A stretch of DNA of 64,000 nt from the human T2T-CHM13v2.0 reference genome, Homo sapiens, in NCBI RefSeq assembly GCF_009914755.1, contig NC_060937.1. One strand, 5' to 3'. Shown here piece after piece: positions 25,175-38,189 of the stretch (position 1 is the stretch's first letter; each line of letters opens with the position of its first letter). A program made the translations under genes and the position numbers. The notes beneath the pieces were generated by a model. That model ran no database searches. It saw nothing but the letters and a program-made list of their open reading frames with translations, and had not been told where the DNA came from.

Positions 25175-25680
25175 TCTTTTTAAAACGACTTTATTGAGGT
25201 ATAATTCATATACAATGAACTGTACGGTTTTAATGTGTGCAGTGTGAAGAGTCTGGACTTGTGCTAACATCCATGTTGCCATCACCTCAATCAAGGTAAA
25301 TATGCAGCACCTCACCGAGTTTTCTTGTGTTCCCTTGTTTACTTACTTGCTTGTTTGCTTGTTTTTGTGGCAAGAACACTTAATATGCAATCTACCCTCT
25401 TAGCAAATTTTAAAGTGTATAATGCCATGTTGTTAACTATAAGTACAGCTGATCTCTAGAATTTATTCATCTGGCATAACAAACTTTATACCCATAAAAC
25501 AACAATTTCTATTTCCTCCACTGTCCAGTCCCTGGCAACCACTATTGTATTCTCTGTTTCTATGTATTTAACTATTCTAGACACCGCATGTAAGTGGAAT
25601 CATGCAGTGTTTGTCCCTCTATGACTGGCTTGTTTCACTTAGTATAATGTCCTCTAAGATTATCCATATTGCTGAAAAAA
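25175..25680 (-). mobile_element. L1MB/L1MA 3' end
   Basis: TTTATTGAGGTATAATT...GTCCCTGGCAACCACT...GTAAGTGGAATCATGCAG is antisense L1 3'UTR. Confidence 0.8.
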
Positions 25681-27268
25681 AGGCATCTTTGTGCTTTTAA
25701 ACATTTATCACAATTAGACATTTTTTTCCATTCTGCTGTAACATGGCATTTTCTTAAGATCACTGAGACAGAATAAATCTGTTTAGGAAAGAGTTCCAGC
25801 TTTGCTGGTATCCCGTTTGCTTCATTTTAAAGAGAACCTGGGATCAAACTCAAATGTATTATTTCCTTGTAGGTACTTGCATTTTCATCCCAAAACTCTA
25901 CATACAAATCTATAATTTTAGTGCACTAGGCAAAGTCAAAGGCAAAACATTAATAGTATGATATTGGTAAGATAATGAAATTATTAAATAAATTATAATA
26001 GTGAGTTCATATGTAATATTTATTCACCAGATATTGATTAAGCATCTTTTCTTTGCAAAGCCCTTATCAACAGATTTTAATATTATGTTCAATTTTATAA
26101 ATAAACAATATATTATTTTAAATATGAAATATAGTTAAATCTCATACATTTATATAAGTTGTCTTTTTATCAACAGCTAAGCAATAGATTAATATGTTTA
26201 CACAGTCGTACATGCACGGATATATATGAACATGTAAAAATCAACATTTATGCTTTTACAATAATTATATTTTTATATGTGGAAAATAATGTTATGAGCA
26301 TTTCAATAAAGCTAACTATGTATGCACAATTTTATTGATTTCATAATGACTCATAAATCAAGTTGCCCAGATCTATCTCTTTTTCAGATTTTTATATTCC
26401 AAGTTATCAATGATATTATACATTTGTAATTTATTTGAGTTTCTGTAGTTTTGATTTTGAAAGAAAATGAGAAAGTATTTTAAATGGAAATAAACGATAT
26501 GCATTTAAGGCATTCAGATTTCATGCATCTTTTATTTGCCAAAAGAAAGACTACAATTCACTGGGATGTGAGAAACCCATCAAAACAAGTTAAGTGCCAA
26601 ACATATGTGGAACAAAATTGTTCCTTTTAGACTTTCTAAGTAGAGCCACATTTCAGCTACTGTATCTGGGTTTTGCTCCTAGTCAAGGCAGAGAAGTCCC
26701 GCAAGGTTTCAGTGCTAAAAACTTGGAGGCACAAATTTCTTCCAAATACGATATATACCACTGACATTTCAGAACATAAGAAACAGAACAGTTTGCAACA
26801 AGGCGAAAACTGTATATTCAATAAATACATTAAGCTCTTTCACTATATTTTCTATGATAACTTATTTTTAATTTGTTACCATAAATTAATAATATTAAAA
26901 TTTTGCTACACTTGCTGCTTAATATACATGTGCCCTAATTTATCTGGTTCTCATTTGGAGAAGTGTAATACTTTCAATTTAAGTTTGCGATATAATACTG
27001 AACTTCTCATTTAAAGTGACCCATTAAAAAGTACTAGATAAAAGTGACATGTGAAAAAGAGCATGTGACATCTACTATTTTATTTCAATAATTATAAAGT
27101 GTTATCTGGTTTTTCGTTTGCTTGTTCTTGTTTTCTGTATGGTACGTGTAATTCTAAGAATTTTCCTAGAAGAAAAAATGCAATATAAAAATGTATTTTT
27201 TAAGAAGGTGATAGGATTCGACTTTTGCTTTTACATATTTAGTAATTTCTTTAAAAACCACCCATTTA

Positions 27269-27567
27269 GGCCAGGCGCGGTGGCTCACACCTGTAATCCC
27301 AGCACTTTGGGAGGCCGAGGCGGGCGGATCACAAGGTCAGCAGTTCAAGACCATCCTGGCTAACACGGTGAAACCGCGTCTCTACCTAAAATACAAAAAA
27401 ATTAGCCGGGTGTGGTGGTGGGCGCCTGTAGTCTCAGCTACTCAGGAGGCTGAGGCAGGAGAATGGTGTGAACCCGGGAGGCAGAGCTTGCAGTGAGCTG
27501 AGATCATGCCACTGCACTCCATCCTGGGCAACAGAGCGAGACTCCGTCTCAAAAAAAAAAAAAAAAA
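27269..27567 (+). mobile_element. AluY
   Basis: CCATCCTGGCTAACACGGTG and GAATGG.GTGAACCCGGGAGGCAGAGCTTGCAG diagnostics; TSD AAAAACCACCCATTTAG / AAAACCCACCAATTTAG. Confidence 0.95.
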
Positions 27568-28129
27568 CCCACCAATTTAGTAGAGTTGCTAATCCACTAA
27601 TTAAAGTCTTCCTTCCCTTTACAATGATGTTAAATTGAATATGAAACTAATTTGAATTTGCTGTAATAATGATTTTAAGACTCTGTAACATTTTCCTTTT
27701 CTATATGGCATGCATTTTATTTTTATGGATATATTCCAAGATAACAAAATTAACCTTAATTTGGTTAAATATTGCTTCTGATGCCTTTTAATTTAGAAAC
27801 AAACACATCATTTAATTTCTATTTATAAATAATCAATTTATGTATTAACCTATTAGTGGTACAATTAAAAAGAACAATGGCCTATATTATTTAGAAATTC
27901 CCTAATTAGCGTATTTTCTTCTTAACGATGGTTCTGCATCATTCTATATTCTATATTCTTGTCCTCAGAGCCTGACATTAAGGATGTGTCCCTTTTCTGC
28001 GTGTGTCATGTGTTTAATGAGAATGAACACAATTGAATATGTACAGGTAATACCTGTTGACAGGTTTGAAGAAAGAAATTATTGATTTCCTGCAGCATAC
28101 AGCTATATAAATCACATTAAGTCACTCTA

Positions 28130-29670
28130 AATAAATACTGTGCACAATGTCAGTCACTGTGTTCAGTATAAAGAGTATAATGGTCACCAAAATTATATAC
28201 AGTCTCCTAGGACTGACAACATATTATTCAGATAATTCAATACATACGGTAAACTTGTAAGTAATGCTAAGCTCTTTATAAAGCATCATGCTTTACCAGC
28301 AAATCAGAGTTGAAATTTGAAGCGTATGTAATATTTGTGGGTAAACAGATAGCATGATTCAGACAGAGAGCACAGAACATACAATGTCCTTGCTGTTAGA
28401 ATGAAAAAGTGCATTCAAGTTGCTGAAAGTCCTGTCTTACTGAAGCCCACAGAGTGAGGGTGATGGTGAGGTTGGTTTGAAATAATGATGGATGGGGTAG
28501 CAGAGATTATATCACAGCCTTTACAATACTCTTTTCTAAACTTGGAGAACAATAATGAAGGAGTTTTAAAACATGTTACAAAAATGTATTTATTTGAAAA
28601 TAAATAATCATATTGATTAATGAAGAGTAGAGTGGATGTTGAAGGCCCAGTCAAGAGCTACTGCAGTAGTCCAGACAAGTGACCATTCTGAGCGAGAGGA
28701 GGCACATTTTTAAAGGAGCTGCAGAAACCGTATGTATGAATCATGGACTAGATTCTGTATATAAGTAGTGAGTGATGAAGAAGAGGAAGGAGAAAAGGAT
28801 AAATATTATTTTTCTGGCATAGTAACTTTCCTGGTTAGTATTGCATTGAATTGAAAGGCTTCCAATTTTATAAGGTAGGGGTAAATAGAAAAACGTATGT
28901 TTGTTCTTGTTACATTGATTTTAGGCATCTTCAACATAGAGTAGAGGTATTTTTCTATTTTTTGTTTGTTTGTTTGTTTGATTGTTTTGATGTAGTCTCC
29001 CTCTGTTCCCCAGGCTGGAGTGCAGTGGCGCCATCTTGCCTCTGGATTCAAGTGATTCTCCCATCTCAGCCTCCTGAGTAACTGGGATTACAGGCACGTG
29101 CCTCTATGCCTGGCTAATTTTTGTATTTTTCATAGAAACAAGGTTTCACCATGTTGGCCAGGCTGGTCTCGAACTCCTGATCTCAAGTGATCCACTGCCT
29201 CAGCCTCCCAAAGAGTTAGGACTACAGGCATGAGCCACTGCTCCAGGCCAAGAGTAGAGTTTTTAACCAGGTTTTTATTGTATGTAGTGAACAGGAGATA
29301 GAAGATTAGGAATCTCTGGAAATAAATAGCATTCAATGACATGTTTGTGGATGAGATTCCTTAAAGAGAATGTTCAGTGGAAAGTGGTAAGTGAATACAA
29401 ATGTAGTCTTGAAAAAGTTAAAAATTTATGAATTGAATAAGGAGAATGAGCCTAAAAAGAAACAAAAGATATCTACAGAAAAAAAAAAAAAAAAAGGAAG
29501 AAACCCTGGAGAATGCGGTCCACAGAAAACAGTGTAAGAAAGTACTTCAGGAAGAGTTGAAAACAGGGATGAAAGCTGATGGAAGGTAATAAAAAATAAG
29601 AAATTAACAAATTCCATTGAACTTAATCATACGCAGGTTTTTGGTGACACTAGCAAAGCATTTCAATGGG
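28130..29670 (-). mobile_element. L2 remnant interrupted by Alu
   Basis: GAGCTACTGCAGTAGTCCAG..., TCCATTGAACTT...TTGGTGAC L2 motifs. Confidence 0.6.
28959..29249 (-). mobile_element. AluS (Sx-like)
   Basis: (TTTG)n tail, CCTGATCTCAAGTGATCC; TSD AGAGTAGAG.TTTTT. Confidence 0.93.
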
Positions 29671-29689
29671 GCATGAATTTGTGGACAAT

Positions 29690-30125
29690 CCTTTTCTAAT
29701 TGCTCATACCAAGAACATTCACGTCATTTTTCTTTTCATAACTCACACGCAAATCAACAAAAACTTTTGTTTACTTTCCAGATCAATCCGGACTCTAACT
29801 AACCTTATTTCTCCACTGCTACTACTCTGGTGCAAGCACCATTATCTCTTATTTCTTTCCAGTTTCCTATTGTAATGTGTCCCAAACTTCCTAATAAGAG
29901 TAATCATTTAAAATTATAAATTAGATTACATTGTTTCCTCTCCTCAAGATGTTGAAATGACTTTTTTAAAATTCAAAATAAAAGGAAAATTGTTTACATC
30001 TTACAAGGCTCTGCATGAATTGGAGCTTGTTATCTCCTTGACACCTTGTTCTCCTCCTTCCACTCCCATTTCCTGCACTCCAGCCACACTAAACTGTTAC
30101 TCTTTGCTCAATAACACCCACAGCA
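29690..30125 (+). mobile_element. L2 fragment
   Basis: CTCCACTGCTACTACTCTGGTGCAAGCACCATTATCTCT...TGCACTCCAGCCACAC. Confidence 0.6.
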
Positions 30126-30320
30126 GGTTACTTCGGCTCTTAACTCAGGGACCCAGGTTAGTGGAACAGTTCCTTTTGGAACCATAGTGGAATTGATGAA
30201 GAGGGAAATGATTGATGACTGATCAAAATGTCACATGGCCAATGATGACATCAAACAGATGGAGACAGAGGCATCTTGGGAGGGAGGGACATATAATGTA
30301 TTGAAAATAATATAATCTAA
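30126..30320 (-). mobile_element. Old MLT1 (J/K/L-like) LTR fragment
   Basis: ACTCAGGGACCCAGG...GTCACATGGCC. Confidence 0.4.
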
Positions 30321-32029
30321 CCTTAATATCATCTCAGGGTCTTAATATACCAATATTCTCAAGATACCCAATATTCATTTTGGTACTAGACCCCTTAAAC
30401 ATTATTATTATTTTATTTAAATGTTAATGTGTTATATTTCTTCACTTTTAATTCTGGCTAATTATTTTCCTAATTTTTTTTTCTCTTTTACATTTCTAGT
30501 TTTTTCTATTTACATTTTTGGTACTTTTTCTCATACTCCGCTGTACTGAAGTGTAATTTGTATTTTTCCATTTAACTCCGCAGCTGTGATTTAATTAAGA
30601 AAATCCCATAAATTTATTCCTGTGTTTGCTCTGGAGAGCAAAATATCATTGGATAAAATGATGCAAACTCACAAACTTGAACTCACTAATAAAGTATAGA
30701 TTTATCAGCCACATTGTCTTTTCCTTTCCTAAGTGGTAGACAGCTGGAGTAGGATTAAATTCCTCTCTGGTGCCAGAAAAACCCATCCCAAAAGAAAAGA
30801 AGAGTGGAAGGAGCATTATTTGTTCTCCAAAATAGCTTCTCCTATAGAAAGCATAAGAAGTAGAAAAAAAATTCCTGAAACCATGATATATATTAATTGT
30901 TAATTTAGTGCAGTAGTTCATGTTTGAAAATTTAATTATTGAACACGTAGGAGTGAAGGATATGTTTTATAAAAACTGAAAAACAAAAGGTATAATTGAT
31001 TTTACATGAATGAGGACTACCTCTGTGAACCAGAAATAGAACAAAAATACAAACGTTGAGCTGGGTTGAAATCTTAGCTCTCAGTTTTCCAAGTCCATAA
31101 TAGCCAGTGTGAGTGGGATTGTGGTTCCTGAGGTGTAAATGAAATTAATCCAAATTTTAAAACACAACAGAACATGTTTTATTGATCCGAGGAAGTTATT
31201 TTTAAGATAGACATCTGAAAGGATTCATGAAAGATTAGAAATGAAGGATAGAATTTGTTTACATTTTAAAGACATGGCTTTGGATTTTGGGGAAAGGGAA
31301 GAAGGAGATAAGAGCACAGTATGGTTTTCCAGGACTGAGTTATAGACCCACTGAATTTATAATGAGATCTGACACAGCCTCAATGTCACTTCTGGCAAAT
31401 AATGCTGAAAGAAGATTTCAAACCTGGTGCTCTTGTGTGAGCCCAGAATGAGTGGCAGAAATACAAATCATTAGATGGTGAGAGTTTTACACAGAGAGAA
31501 AGAGAAAAACAGGAAACAAACAGCCCCATCCCCCTACCTCTCAAAGAAAAAGCTTCCCATCAAAATGAACTTGTAAACCAAAATGACAAAGCTCATGAAG
31601 AAATTCAATGCTAAAATATAGCCAATATAATCAACAATAAGAAAAGTAATTTCTGATCTTTTTAGAGGAAATTATATAAATAAATCTGAACAATAATTTT
31701 AAATAAATATGCTAATCATTTTTATATTCCTGTCTTCTTTTCTAAGCTGTTATTTCTATTTACTTTTCAGAATACCTGAATAATTTCAAATTTTATTATT
31801 TTCAGGTTTAATAGCTGCATTTGGTGGGTGAGAGAAAGATAGCTGTGTTTACTCCATTTTACTTGAAACCAGAACCCTGGTAGTATTCTCGTAAGTTAAT
31901 ATACAAGTAGGATTGACAAATACGGTTTCAGGTCATCGAGATGTATGCAAAGAAGAGGAATAAAGAAGAAAGGGCATTATATTAGGCATTGTTGCAATTC
32001 AACATGTATTTGTTTAGTTTTTAAAACCC

Positions 32030-32160
32030 ATGGAGTGCTTCTTAGAATGTAGATTACCAGGACAAAAATCTGAATTACAAAATCTGAATCTCTGAGAAAT
32101 GGGCGTCAGAATTTCCATTTCATAGATGATGCTTATATTTCTTGAAGTTTGTGGACCGGA
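32030..32160. mobile_element. MER5-like DNA transposon fragment
   Basis: GAATGTAGATT...GAATCTCTG...GAAGTTTGTGGACC. Confidence 0.45.
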
Positions 32161-32292
32161 GAATTAATTTGGAAATAAGAAGGATTCTAATCCAAATTCA
32201 AACTCTAACCCATTTGCCCAGCCTTTCATAAATAACATAATTTCTCTGGTTTTACATGTGAAATTAAATTCAATAAAAATATTTATTACTGT

Positions 32293-32720
32293 CGATATGG
32301 TTTGGCTCTATGGTCTCACCAAAATCTCATGTTGCATTGTAATCCTCAGTGTTGGGGGAGGGGCCTGGTGGGAAGTGATTGGATCATGGAGGTGGTTTCT
32401 AAGGGTTTAGAAACATCTCCCTAAGTGTTGTCTCATGATAGAGTTCTCATGAGATCTGGTTGTTTAAAAGTGCATAGCACCACCCGCTTCATTCTCTTCC
32501 TCCTGCTCCAGCCATGTAAGACATGCCTCCTTCCTCTTGGCCTCCCACCATGATTTTATTTCCTGTGGCCTCTCTAGCTGTGCTTCCTGTACATCCTGCA
32601 GAATCTTGAGCTAATTAAGCTTCTTTTTTTAAATAAATTACCCAGTCTCAGATATGTCTTCATAGCAGTGCCACAATGGACTAATACAGAAAAATGGTAC
32701 CAGGAGTGGAATATTGCTAT
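32293..32720 (+). mobile_element. MSTA-like 5' LTR (32293-32688) plus ~32 bp of MST internal sequence
   Basis: GATATGGTTTGGCT...AAATCTCATGTTG...GGACTAATACA followed by GAAAAATGGTACCAGGAGTGG..ATTGCTAT. Confidence 0.88.
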
Positions 32721-33204
32721 GTCATTACAAAATGGGTCTTTTAAACAAATTGACAGTATTTTTTGCTTATAGTTCATTAAGTGTAAACCTAAGCATGTTG
32801 CATATAAATATAACAAGCCATTATATAGCCATCAATATTGTAAAACTCATGGCAAATTTCTTTATGTAAACACTAAAGTAGCAATGTGTAATCTGTGGAA
32901 CCTAAATAGAATTTTCTCTAGGAAATTCTTAACACATGTATAATAAGTGTAATGTTATCATATTTTTATCTATATATGAGAAATAATTACAGGGCATTAT
33001 TAACATTATGGACATGTAGAATATATTTGAAAATATAATATGGCCAGTATTTAAATCCAGATAAATTTGCTATTAGTATAAATTAGAATGAATCCAACAA
33101 GCATTTAAAATTAAGTATAATAATTTTATAGTCAAATGATAATAGACAAATATTTTCAAATATTTATCAACATGGTATTACTATCATTCAATTATAATTA
33201 TATA

Positions 33205-33625
33205 AGGTCAGTGAGGCCGATAGCTATTTTCAATTTAGTCTGACATTTTTTTCAATACTGAGAATTATTTTGAGACATTTAGTGGCAGGGTGTAAATAAA
33301 GCAGGACTAAAAAAAACACAGTAAACACGTCATATTTAAGTAGGTCAATGAGGCTGATAGCTATTTTCAATTTAGTTTGAAATTATTTTTTTCAATACTG
33401 AGAATTATTTTGAGACTATTTAGTGGCAGGGTGTAAATAAAGCAGGACTTAAAAACACAGTAAACACGTTGTCATATTTAAGTAGGTCAATGGGGCTGAC
33501 GGCTTTTTTCAATTTAGTTTAACATTATTTTTTTCAATACTGAGAATTATTTTGAAACTATTTAGTGGCAGCGTGTAAATAAAGCAGGACTAAAAACACA
33601 GTAAACACATTGTCATATTTAAGTA
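33205..33625. repeat. Three-copy ~140-bp tandem repeat
   Basis: Units start at 33205, 33342, 33484 (137, 142, ~141 bp), each AGGTCA.TG.GGC.GA...TTCAATACTGAGAATTATTTTGA...GTGTAAATAAAGCAGGACT...CAGTAAACAC...GTCATATTTAAGT. Confidence 0.95.
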
Positions 33626-34726
33626 TTAAAGATAGGTTATAAACTCTTTTTCTTGAAGCATCTATAGAAAAATAAAAAAGAATAATCATAGATAACATGA
33701 GACTATTCTCCAGTCAAGTAAAGGATTCCACATCATTTTTTTCATCTTTAAATTAATTAAATGAGTTATGATCCTTTCAAATATGGATGGTCAAGTTTCT
33801 CTAAATAATAAATATGAAGCTGAAAAGCCCATAATACCAAATTATTAATTTAAGAATGATTTATTAAGCTATTTTGCCAATGTAAGAGAAATATTGAACT
33901 TAAGCAGCAAGATATTTGAAGTTGACGAATTTTACAATATTTTAACATCAGACTATATTACTCTTCTTGATATATACAATTGTAAGTGCTGTAAAATAAA
34001 AATCTTGTGCCAACAAATCTCTATCTGTGTCAAAGCAATTTAAATCTTAGAAATTGTATTCCAACTTGAATATTGTTTTTATTACAATAATAACTAACAC
34101 TGTTCTTAGGCCTTGAAGCATAGACAGATATATATTCAAAAATATCATATATTAAATTAGACCAATATGTATTCAAGAGCAAAAGAATTTTCCAAGGATC
34201 TTGAGGCCATGCAAATCCAACAATAAAGCTATATGTAAGTACATATATTTTACTGACATATCTTTAAATTGGATGGGAAATCTGTTGTTGATATTGCAAA
34301 TGCAGAACAATTTACTGTCTGAGAAAACTATTTTGGCTTTATTTTATTTTTCCTTTGTGTCAGACTACAAAAGTGTAAACAGTGGCTTGCTATTATGAGA
34401 TTTACCAGGAAACATATTGACACTATAACCAATACATGTGAATGACTTATTTGTAAATATTTTAAACTATAGCAAGCTAATTAGTATTTTTCTTTTTCAC
34501 TTTGATTATAGTTAGTCTTGGGACAGCAAAGAGATTTGAGGAAAATTCCTCAATAATTTTTTGTTTGATTTCAGTTGCTAAAAACATGCTTGTTGTCTAG
34601 TACCTTTTTTTTCATAAAATAGATATTTAATCCATTGTCAAAGGATTGAATAGGTATTTTATCCTCATTATCCCTTTTTAATCAGATCCTTTGTCTTTGA
34701 CAGTAAAGATTTTTTAAATTATGTGG

Positions 34727-35172
34727 TGTGAACCTTGAAAATTTGAGACAGGTTTCAGTTAATTTAGAAAGTTTATTTTGCCAAGGTTGAAGACACGCAC
34801 CGTGACACAGCCTCAGGAGGTCCTGATGACATGTGCCCAAGGTGGTCAGAGCACAGTTTGGCTCTACCCATTTTAGGGAGACATGAGACATCAATCAACA
34901 TGTGTAAGATGAACATTGCTTCCTTTTGGAAAGTGGAACGACTGGAAGTGGGAGGGAGCTTCCAGGTCCTAGGTGGATAAAAGACAAATGGTTGCATGCA
35001 TTTAGGTTTCTGATTAGCCTCTTCAAAGGAGGCTCTCAGATATGGGTTTATCTCAGTGAGCAGAGGGGTGTCTTTGAGTAGAATGAAAGGCAGGTTTGCC
35101 CTAAGCAGTTCCCAGCTTGACTTTTCCCTTTAGCTTAGTAATTTTGGTGGCCCAAGATATTTTCCTTTCATA
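34727..35172 (-). mobile_element. MER4A-like ERV1 solo LTR
   Basis: TGTGAACC..GAAAATTTGAGACAGG...GACACAGCCTCAGGAGGTCCTGATGACATGTGCCCAAGGTGGTC...TTTCCTTTCA; 4-bp TSD GTGG/GTAG. Confidence 0.85.
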
Positions 35173-35394
35173 GTAGAAAGAAATTCATTTTCTTTAAGCA
35201 ATAGTATGGTAAATGGACAAATTGTTTTGTAATAGACTTTAAAGTTAAGATTCACCTAACACTGAGGAAAACCTTTTATTCTGAAGATTCAAATTATTCT
35301 CCAAGTGCCAAGAGATATGATATATTCCTTTTTATAGTGTATTCTCAGCAATATAATACAAACGTTAAACATGGATTGCTTTCCCTCTGGAGAA

Positions 35395-35419
35395 ACACAC
35401 ACATGCGCATGAGCGCGCG

Positions 35420-35467
<48 letters not shown>
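35395..35467. repeat. (GC)8(AC)19 compound microsatellite
   Basis: GC x8 at 35413-35428, then AC x19 at 35429-35466. Confidence 0.95.
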
Positions 35468-35469
<2 letters not shown>

Positions 35470-35511
35470 CGAGGGCAAATGCAAATTAAAAATAAGCAGC
35501 ATAATTCTGCC

Positions 35512-36146
35512 TGTTGAAAATAAAGGAAAAAACTTTCCCCCCTCGTTATTTCACAGCAATTACTTGAAAAAACTTGTCATTGTAAATTATTTCACTGTTT
35601 CTTTGAAATGCATGTAAATTTTTTTAAAAGCTGAATAAGGCTCTTGTCAGCTTTATGACCCAGGAATGTCTTTCTCAAGGGCCTGAGAACTATCTCCTTG
35701 AATGTTTCCATTAAGGAAGATAGCACTGTATCTCCCAGTTTCTATTAACTAACTAGAGCCTAACTTCTTGCTCTAAAACTACCTCCTATCACACAGATAT
35801 GGGAAATTTATTTCTTCTCTGGATAAAGTGAATTAGCTAACACAGATGGTCACCTCAATTACAAAGAGAATTTAGGATGAACTGTGTGTGACAAATAGTG
35901 CTGTCACATCCTCTTACTTGAGGGCAAGTTATTGTTTATCTTGGAGAACATGTATGTGTTGGGTTGTATCTGCTTGGCTCTATAAAAGTTTGAGACATCT
36001 TTTTGTCCTTGCAAGTGTCTTAGCAATTGTCTGTGATTCGCATCACATTGTGGTTTAATGCTTATTTGAAAATAAAATAGTGTTTCTATCTCTTTTACTT
36101 TTGTGGTTTGGAATGAGATTTTGTTTTTAATTATAGTGTCTAAACA
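35512..36146 (+). mobile_element. MER67-like ERV1 solo LTR
   Basis: TG start; TTTATGACCCAGGAATGTCTTTCTCAAGG; TATAAAA and AATAAA; ends ...AACA. Confidence 0.7.
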
Positions 36147-36271
36147 ATTCACATACAAATACACACACTTGCATATATATATATAATATACACACACACA
36201 TATATATGAAGGAGATTTTGTTTTTAATTACATTGTCTAAACAATTCACATACAAATACACACACTTGCAT
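36115..36271. repeat. Local duplication, period 97 bp
   Basis: 36115-36174 vs 36212-36271 differ at 2 of 60 positions. Confidence 0.9.
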
Positions 36272-38189
36272 GTATGTGTACATACACACATACCACCACA
36301 ACAATGCTTATCTCTTTTTATAGGCTTGAGCATCTAGGGAAGTCATAAACTGATATATTTGTTGATCATCAATATTTTAAAATTCATTTACTGCAAGGTT
36401 GATATATGCTTCTTATTTTGGATATAGAAATGAAAGTTATCTCTTTCCTCGAGACACTTGATTCTGGTGGATAGAAGTTAGAAATAAAAAATTCAGGAGT
36501 GTAAGGGAAAATTTTGTTGTCTCTTCTTTCCAGTACGTAAATTTCTTTCTGGGAAGTCAGAAACTTGTCATTGGTAAATGATCCTGAATCCACACATCTA
36601 ACTGGACTAAGGGTGTACTTTAATTCTTTGTTGTTTTCAGACATTTATTCTACCACTTCATGAAGCTGACTGAGCACATTCTTCTTATACTCCCTGAGAT
36701 ATGTGCGTCTCCAAAACACTTCCCTTTCTGCTTGAGCCAGTGAGTGCATCATCTTTTCTTACGATAAAGTGATTTCTGCATAAATTGAATAAAGTATGTC
36801 TACTATAAGTAAGATCTAAAATGTAAAGTGGGACAGTAGAATGAGAATTAGTATCAGATGTGATATATCTGGAGGATGTAAGCTGTTGGGGGATAGGTGT
36901 AGGAGATACAAGGTGAGGGAGAATTCAGGAAGAGCAAACCTTATATGTCCTTTATTAAAGCAATTACATTAGAGGAAATTTAATGGAGTAGGACCAAAGA
37001 TTTTTGTTTGTTGTTAAATACATAGATTCATTATGTACATATTCTTACATCACTTTGGATTTTTACTTGGATATTTGCCTCAGTTAACATTACCTTTTAA
37101 TCCTCAACTCCAAAGATTTTTTAAATGATTATTTTACTACCATTATGCCTTTCTCCAAAAATACTCTTTGTACCACTAACTTTCTGCATCATTTAAAAAA
37201 TTTTTTTTAAAACTTTTTCCTTGCAACAGTCTTCTCTGGAAAAAACATTTTTTTCATTCTATAAAACATTAGTGAGACTTTCTCAGATGTGAACTGCTTC
37301 ACAGAGGTTTCAGCTCTCCACATTAATGGAGGAACCCAAGTGGGTTACAACAGTCATCCATTATTATTAATTTGCTTATTGATGCTATTGAATTTGCCTA
37401 CATTTTATGGTAAAGTTAGTGCCTAAGAACTTTAAAAGGAAAGAATAGGCCTCCCTAGCCTTCATGTTTACATATCCTTGGTAGATTTGTAATTCTAGTA
37501 TCTCCCTTCCGCTTAAGCATAGGACATCCATTTCTTTGAGCTTCCACTTTCTCATAAGCAATTGAAAAGAAACTTTCCTCATCTGAGTACTCTGTTATTT
37601 CAGATGTGAAACTATAAATTTTACTTTTTAGGATTTCATGTTATCTGACATGACAGAATAACAAAGTCAAAGCTATACCTTTTTAATATTGTCCTTAGAA
37701 AGTTCATACTTTGGAGCTTTTGTCATTAAATATTCAACAGTAACCATACATAAAATTACAAAAGCACCGAAGCCTAGATTGTGCTTTTCACAATACAGTC
37801 ACTCAATACGAACTAGCAAGAATATTAAACAAAAGGTTCAGGATTTAATAACCATCTTGTTTATGTTTCACTAACAATGAAGAAGATATTTCACTTTTGG
37901 AGCAAATATTTTTGTTGTCTAAAGACAATATTTTGACTTTGTAAGCAACTTTTATTGAGACTTACTAACATAATGTAAGTATAAAAAAAGAATATCATGG
38001 TTTGCAATAATGTTAACATGTCTAAGAAATAGTCTTCTCCAATTTACCTATTTATAATAAGGAAGCCAACATTTATATGAAACAATATTATAAATAGGCA
38101 AAATTTATATTTAAGCAGTTTTTAGAAATTGTATCATTTTATCACTGACCTTTTTACAAATAAATGTAAAATTATACAATCATTAGAAT

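Noticed and set aside
26673-27014. 113-aa ORF in non-repeat DNA
   Set aside because: Non-ATG start, AT-driven composition, no recognisable homology or splice context
33205-33625. Possible CRISPR-like array (also 6502, 9663, 15725)
   Set aside because: Head-to-tail units with no unique spacers, no cas genes, and primate DNA
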